The notes under the pieces were generated by a model. It did no database searches, was not told the origin of the DNA, and saw nothing but the letters and a program-made list of their open reading frames with translations. A DNA stretch of 10,979 nt from Thermoproteota archaeon (GTDB taxonomy: Archaea > Thermoproteota > Thermoprotei > Thermofilales > B9-G17): contig JAPDJW010000011.1 in assembly GCA_029258885.1 (NCBI GenBank), positions 1 to 10,979 of the forward strand. The letters run 5' to 3'. The position numbers and the translations under genes were made by a program. This document shows, in pieces, positions 7,086 through 10,979 of the stretch. Position 1 is the stretch's first letter, and each line of letters begins with the position of its first letter.

Positions 7086-7820
7086 CTAATGTTTCACCAC
7101 GATACCTAATCCTGGTACAATTTCAAATTCAAACTCTTGAGGATGAACTGGTCGCCATCTCATTTTCCTGATGAAGAGAGTTCTTTTGAACTCTTTATTA
7201 ACTCTCTTTAGTCCGAGGACTATGACTCCAGTAGCTAAAAACTCTTCAACTCCGAATCGACTCAGCGAATTACTATTTGTCGGTATTTCAGAGGTAATGA
7301 CAGTAGTTGTTCCAATATTTCTCTCTATAGATATTATTAGGCTTCTAATATATTCTCGTGTCCAAGCTATATCCCTTTCACCAGTAATTAAAGGAGCTAT
7401 TGGATCTATAACCAGCCTTTGAGCTCTAATTCTCTTTACCTCATAGCTTATATCTCTAATGATAGACTTTACAGTAACATCTAATGGTCTATCCTTAAAT
7501 CTTTCAGTAAACTCCGGTAACAATGTCATTATGCTTAGCTTTCCACTATTGATTAAATGATTTAGATCCCATCCAAAAGCTTTTGCCCCTCTCATCAAAT
7601 CATTAACGTCTTCGTCTACGAGAATATATACGCCTGGCTCGTTAATCATTGCACCATAAATAAGGTAATTTAATGAAAATATAGTCTTTCCAGTACCCGT
7701 TTCCCCTGCGACTAAATACGTTCTACCCTTTATAAAACCTCCTATAATTTCATCTAGACCTTTAATTCCGGTAGGAACTATGGGAAGCTCTTCTTCAATT
7801 ACATTTTCTTGGCTCTTCAT
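7086..7820 (-). CDS. Single-domain KaiC/RAD55-like (RecA superfamily) ATPase
   Basis: VPTGIKGLDEIIGG, Walker A GETGTGKT, RLVIDP, GVEEFLATGVIVL, RTLFIRKMR. Start probably ATG 7820 (GAGTGA upstream); the ORF track uses GTG 7829. Confidence 0.92.
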   Translation of the reverse strand: MKSQENVIEEELPIVPTGIKGLDEIIGGFIKGRTYLVAGETGTGKTIFSLNYLIYGAMINEPGVYILVDEDVNDLMRGAKAFGWDLNHLINSGKLSIMTLLPEFTERFKDRPLDVTVKSIIRDISYEVKRIRAQRLVIDPIAPLITGERDIAWTREYIRSLIISIERNIGTTTVITSEIPTNSNSLSRFGVEEFLATGVIVLGLKRVNKEFKRTLFIRKMRWRPVHPQEFEFEIVPGLGIVVKH

Positions 7821-7821
7821 A

Positions 7822-7995
7822 TTAATCACTCATCTTCAGCTTATTAAATTCCTTCTCAGTAAGCATTAATATAGCTATCCTAACGAGATGAGAAATTGAT
7901 GAAAAATAGCCTAAGTTAACTAAACGTTTCATCAACTCTAAGTCTCTTTGGGTTACCCTGAAGGATATCCTCCTTATGCGAATATTTTCAGACAT
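7822..7995 (-). CDS. Ribbon-helix-helix (CopG/MetJ/Arc-type) transcriptional regulator, 57 aa
   Basis: Manual translation MSENIRIRRISFRVTQRDLELMKRLVNLGYFSSISHLVRIAILMLTEKEFNKLKMSD*. Alternating beta-strand ISFRV, helix A, then the GYFSSISHLVRIAI turn/helix B pattern. The stop is 1 nt before the KaiC-like ATG. Below the ORF-track size cutoff. Confidence 0.85.
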   Translation of the reverse strand: MSENIRIRRISFRVTQRDLELMKRLVNLGYFSSISHLVRIAILMLTEKEFNKLKMSD

Positions 7996-8000
7996 GGTAC

Positions 8001-8036
8001 TATACCCTTAGGTATAATCGAAAATATACTTTTCTC
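8001..8036 (-). promoter_or_regulatory. Promoter of the RHH-KaiC operon with a palindromic operator
   Basis: Minus strand GAGAAAA + GTATATTT (8036-8022). Perfect palindrome TATACC-N4-GGTATA (8001-8016) between the TATA box and the ATG. Confidence 0.6.
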
Positions 8037-8296
8037 ATCGCAGGCATATATCCTCTCAGGGTAAACAGGAAGTAAATTTAACAAGATAGATTCCTAACAT
8101 TTTGCATAGTGCTCTTGCCCTTATTTCTATGCTTTGCTAATAGCCTATTAGTATCGTTCTCCTTTAACACTATTTTAACCAATATTAGATGCAGGATGTA
8201 GATGCGCTTTAATACTGCATTTCCAAGCTCGCCCCTTTTCAGTTATTGTACTGCAGTGGTATATAAACTAAGGTTATGATATAGTGATAAGAAATG

Positions 8297-8322
8297 CATC
8301 AAATCGATGCTCCATCAAATCG
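8297..8322. repeat. 10-bp direct repeat CATCAAATCG x2 (16-bp period)
   Basis: Copies at 8297-8306 and 8313-8322. The first lies inside the inverted repeat GCATC-AAATC-GATGC. Confidence 0.6.
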
Positions 8323-8326
8323 TCAT

Positions 8327-8340
8327 GGAAAATTATTAAA
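8327..8340 (+). promoter_or_regulatory. BRE/TATA promoter of the C/D sRNA
   Basis: GGAAAA + TTATTAAA ending 25 nt before box C. Confidence 0.55.
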
Positions 8341-8365
8341 GAGATATCAACATTTAGGAGTATCG

Positions 8366-8414
8366 ATGATGAAGGCTGGTAATACGGAGATATGAAGAAT
8401 GACACCAGAACTGA
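8366..8414 (+). ncRNA. Box C/D 2'-O-methylation guide sRNA; both guides target the 16S rRNA 530-loop region
   Basis: C ATGATGA (8366-8372), 12-nt guide AGGCTGGTAATA, D' CGGA, C' ATGAAGA, 12-nt guide ATGACACCAGAA, D CTGA (8411-8414). Guides are complementary to the recalled crenarchaeal 16S segment UCUGGUGUCAGCCGCCGCGGUAAUACCAGC. Confidence 0.85.
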
Positions 8415-8466
8415 TATTTATTTGAATTATTTGGAAAGCATTTCTAAATTTTACACTAGAGAATAT

Positions 8467-8544
8467 TGGTAGCGGGGCGAGGATTTGAACCTCGGACCTC
8501 GGGGTTATGAGCCCCGCGGGATAACCTGGCTTCCCCACCCCGCT
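8467..8544 (-). tRNA. Initiator tRNA-Met (CAT), intronless, CCA encoded
   Basis: AGCGGGG TG GGGA AGCCAGGTTA TCCC G CGGGG CTCATAA CCCCG AGGTC CGAGG TTCAAAT CCTCG CCCCGCT A CCA. A1-U72 pair, three G-C pairs at the base of the anticodon stem and G11-C24 mark an archaeal initiator. Confidence 0.97.
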
Positions 8545-8569
8545 ATTTAAACAAGAATAGAAGGATTGA

Positions 8570-8585
8570 TTTATATTTTTCTATC
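8570..8585 (-). promoter_or_regulatory. tRNA promoter (BRE + TATA)
   Basis: Minus strand GATAGAAA-AATATAAA ending 25 nt upstream of the mature tRNA 5' end. Confidence 0.6.
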
Positions 8586-8624
8586 ATTACCGCAGTTTTT
8601 ATGTTTTATTTTTCAAGATTTTAT

Positions 8625-8645
8625 AAAAAAGATTCTTTAGAAAAA
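8625..8645 (-). terminator. Oligo-U terminator tracts after rpl23
   Basis: T5 immediately after the TAG and T6 at 8630-8625 on the minus strand. Confidence 0.45.
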
Positions 8646-8906
8646 CTATAGTATTCCTAACCTTGTAGCTACCTCCTCCGCCTTATACTCAGGCTTAAGC
8701 TTGACATATGCCTTTTTTTCCCCTTGAGGGGTAATTAAAGTATTTACCTTTTCAACCTTCACTTTAAATATTTCCTCAACTGCACGCTTAATGTCTTTTT
8801 TCGTGGCCTTGATATCAACTATAAAAGTTAGAGTATTATTTCGCTCTATTTTATCCAACGCTTTCTCTGTTATAACAGGTCTAATTATTACATCATAGGA
8901 ATCCAC
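8646..8906 (-). CDS. rpl23: 50S ribosomal protein L23
   Basis: [36 protein letters not shown] start with GGAGGTG SD inside the end of rpl4. Confidence 0.98.
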   Translation of the reverse strand: MDSYDVIIRPVITEKALDKIERNNTLTFIVDIKATKKDIKRAVEEIFKVKVEKVNTLITPQGEKKAYVKLKPEYKAEEVATRLGIL

Positions 8907-9700
8907 TATTCAAACACCTCCCTAAGGTATTCTATAGCTCCCTTCGTCCATAGAGTAAGTCTGCCAGGTTCACCGCCAGGAGCTAAATGTTCAACCGATA
9001 ATTTATCAATCTCCACAACGTCTACTCCTGGTAGATTTCGTGCAGCCTTAACTATTCCCTCATCCTTTCTCACCACAATTAAAATGCTTTTTCCTTTCTT
9101 ATACCTCCTTCCTCTCATTTTTCCCTTGCCTGCTCTCACACGTATCGATTTTTTCGCGCGCTCTATGTCAGCCCATAGCCCTAGATTAACAAGTACGTTT
9201 TTTAATTCTTGAGTTTTCTTTATTCTGCTTAAATCATCTTGTATTATAATCGGCAGTTCGGAGACCGTCTCAATAATGTGCCCACGCTGTTTAACGAGTT
9301 CTTTAATTGCAGTTGCTGCTATAGCAGACTTTAAAGCTAACCTTTTCTCCTTCTTATTCATTCTTTCAACAATAATTTTCATGGTTGTTGGAGGATGAGC
9401 CCTCCTTCCGCCCACAGTCATGGGCGCAAATGCGGCTCTAGAGGAACCCTTTATTCTTGGGACTCTTGCAACGCCATAGCCAACGCCCCAGCTTTCAGCT
9501 GTAGTTCTCTTGCCTGCCATAGGATCTCTACCTTGTTTCTGAATCCTCTTGGTAATGGAGGATACCACTGCTCTCCTAATCACGTCCTTTCTTATAGGAT
9601 AAAAGAAGACTCGAGGGAGAGTGATACTCTCTATACGATCTCCTTCTAAACCATATACGTTTACTTGGGTCCTATCCAATCTATATTTCAGGAAACTCAT
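8906..9700 (-). CDS. rpl4: 50S ribosomal protein L4
   Basis: [50 protein letters not shown]. Start probably ATG 9700 (ORF track extends to 9709). Confidence 0.98.
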   Translation of the reverse strand: MSFLKYRLDRTQVNVYGLEGDRIESITLPRVFFYPIRKDVIRRAVVSSITKRIQKQGRDPMAGKRTTAESWGVGYGVARVPRIKGSSRAAFAPMTVGGRRAHPPTTMKIIVERMNKKEKRLALKSAIAATAIKELVKQRGHIIETVSELPIIIQDDLSRIKKTQELKNVLVNLGLWADIERAKKSIRVRAGKGKMRGRRYKKGKSILIVVRKDEGIVKAARNLPGVDVVEIDKLSVEHLAPGGEPGRLTLWTKGAIEYLREVFE

Positions 9701-9705
9701 GTTTA

Positions 9706-10707
9706 TCAACCAAGCATACCAATTGTACTAATATATGTAATTTTAGGTGGCTCCGGTAGTGCTTCCTTCGGCGGTCTTATGGGATACCTCATTTTTATTA
9801 GTCTTTTTACGGGTCCTGGTACAGATCCTTCAATTATAACGTATTGAGTCCTTATGATACCATAGTGTTTAAATCCTCCTTTTGGATTGATGTTTTCCTT
9901 GCTTATATCGCCTATTTTCAGGATCCTCTTGTTATATTCTGTTCGCTGGTGAAAACCCATTTGTCCAGGTCGGGGCGTAGTAAACATTACAGCAGGTTTT
10001 GTCGGTCCTATAGATCCTATTCGTCTATGTCCCTTTCTATGTTTATGCCACCTAGGTAGTATTTTTACTCCAAACCTCTTAATGACGCCCTGAAAGCCCT
10101 TCCCCTTTGTTATCGATATTACATCTATTAGCTGTCCTTCTTTAAAAACGTCAGTTATGTTAACTTCCTTCCCTAGAAGAGATAAAGCATAGTTTAAAGC
10201 ATTATTCGGAGATCCGCCTATAGCAATCTCGAATATTTCGGGAGTTTTCTTTCCTAAGCCGGAAAGCCACGGCTGTGTATGTGCTATAACTCTGACTTCA
10301 TCAGCTTCCACTCCTTTAATTTCTTCTATTTTAGCTTTGAATTTTTCTTCTGCTTCCTTGCTTACCTTAGGAAGGGTAACCTTTCTCCTGAGATATTCCT
10401 CAAAGTTTGGCGTCCATATTTCGGTTAGAGTCTTTAAACCGTACGGAGAATTCTTATATACCCTTACACCGACAATGCGAAGAGGAGGACATTCAACAAT
10501 AGTCACCGGACAAAACACCTCTCTTCCATAAAGTGGGCTATGAGGATCACTTTCAACGTAAAAAATATGTGCCATGCCTACCTTGTATCCTGCAAACAGT
10601 AATAGCCTTATCTCATCTACTGCAGGCCAGCTTCTTACTCTAGCAACTATACTTTTAGCTCTTACCCTAGGGTAATATCCCATGGATCCTCTTCTAGGCC
10701 TCGACAT
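9706..10707 (-). CDS. rpl3: 50S ribosomal protein L3
   Basis: [55 protein letters not shown]. Confidence 0.99.
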   Translation of the reverse strand: MSRPRRGSMGYYPRVRAKSIVARVRSWPAVDEIRLLLFAGYKVGMAHIFYVESDPHSPLYGREVFCPVTIVECPPLRIVGVRVYKNSPYGLKTLTEIWTPNFEEYLRRKVTLPKVSKEAEEKFKAKIEEIKGVEADEVRVIAHTQPWLSGLGKKTPEIFEIAIGGSPNNALNYALSLLGKEVNITDVFKEGQLIDVISITKGKGFQGVIKRFGVKILPRWHKHRKGHRRIGSIGPTKPAVMFTTPRPGQMGFHQRTEYNKRILKIGDISKENINPKGGFKHYGIIRTQYVIIEGSVPGPVKRLIKMRYPIRPPKEALPEPPKITYISTIGMLG

Positions 10708-10712
10708 CGTTC

Positions 10713-10756
10713 ATCACTCTAGATACCGAAAATAGAGTGATAGGGAATTTAATAAA
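10713..10756 (-). promoter_or_regulatory. rpl3 operon promoter region with a 9-bp perfect inverted repeat covering the SD
   Basis: TATA TTTATTAA (10756-10749, minus). ATCACTCTA-N11-TAGAGTGAT (arms 10713-10721 and 10733-10741). SD-like GAGTGA lies within the ATG-proximal arm. Confidence 0.55.
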
Positions 10757-10879
10757 TTTTCGCTCAGGTAGAGACAGGTCGATGTTCTATCAATAGAATA
10801 CCCTCGCTGAATAGTGAAAAATCCCGGTCTTTACAAAATCAACACAAGAGCAGGTGCTGACAACTTAAGTTTATTGGGA

Positions 10880-10942
10880 GGGTCCGTAGCCTATAATGTA
10901 TGGGCAACAAGCAACATAAGCTCTTTAGGAGACTACGGACCC
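10880..10942. other. GC-rich inverted repeat / possible structured RNA hairpin
   Basis: GGGTCCGTAG (10880-10889) and CTACGGACCC (10933-10942) are a perfect 10-bp inverted repeat, extendable inward by CCTA/TAGG and TATG/CATA. Confidence 0.4.
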
Positions 10943-10978
10943 CATTATGGATAATGCTCTACGCAATATATCTTTATC
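10925..10978 (-). CDS. Possible C-terminal end of an upstream gene (partial, DKDILRRALSIMGSVVS*)
   Basis: Open frame from the window edge to TAA at 10925. Only 17 codons are visible, so it cannot be identified. Confidence 0.25.
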   Translation of the reverse strand, partial: DKDILRRALSIMGSVVS

Positions 10979-10979
10979 T

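Noticed and set aside
6819-7422. ORFs 6819-7010 (-) and 7171-7422 (+)
   Set aside because: Shadows of rpl7ae and the KaiC-like gene; the ATGATG start of the first is box C of the candidate sRNA.
8010-8250. Short open frames on the minus strand between the RHH gene and 8250
   Set aside because: Only 30-50 codons, with no convincing start/SD combination or motif.
8347-8538. 63-aa minus-strand ORF
   Set aside because: It overlaps the tRNA and is antisense to the C/D sRNA, so it is spurious.
9395-10531. Plus-strand ORFs 9395-9649, 9665-9847, 9844-10059 and 10337-10531
   Set aside because: Antisense to rpl4 and rpl3.
10761-10860. Two CTGA motifs and a GTGAAAA as a possible third C/D sRNA
   Set aside because: No credible box C, and the spacer lengths (36 nt) do not fit.
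1-10979. CRISPR arrays, IS elements, rRNA, tRNA introns
   Set aside because: No regularly spaced repeats, transposase motifs, rRNA-like tracts or bulge-helix-bulge insertion were seen.

Overview
AT-rich archaeal chromosomal window, probably a crenarchaeote (Thermoprotei). The lineage call rests on GGTGA-type Shine-Dalgarno sites, BRE/TATA promoters, archaeal ribosomal proteins and a ribosomal cluster that stops after L23. Left part (1-5782) is an accessory cell-surface module. Two large, sequon-rich exported proteins on the minus strand (one runs off the window and is missing from the ORF track) are divergent from a three-gene operon: MinD/ParA-like ATPase, small coiled-coil protein, and a VirB11/TadA(CpaF)-type secretion ATPase with no adjacent platform or pilin gene. 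Right part is core translation and ribosome biogenesis: Dim2/Pno1 KH protein, L7Ae (with a k-turn in its leader), a KaiC/RAD55-like ATPase preceded by an unlisted 57-aa ribbon-helix-helix gene, initiator tRNA-Met, and rpl3-rpl4-rpl23. Two box C/D guide sRNAs sit in the intergenic gaps. One is canonical, with both guides matching the 16S 530-loop region. The other has an apparently permuted box order and a guide matching the tRNA-Trp anticodon (C34). The rRNA and tRNA-Trp target sequences were recalled from general knowledge and are not in this window. No database searches were run.
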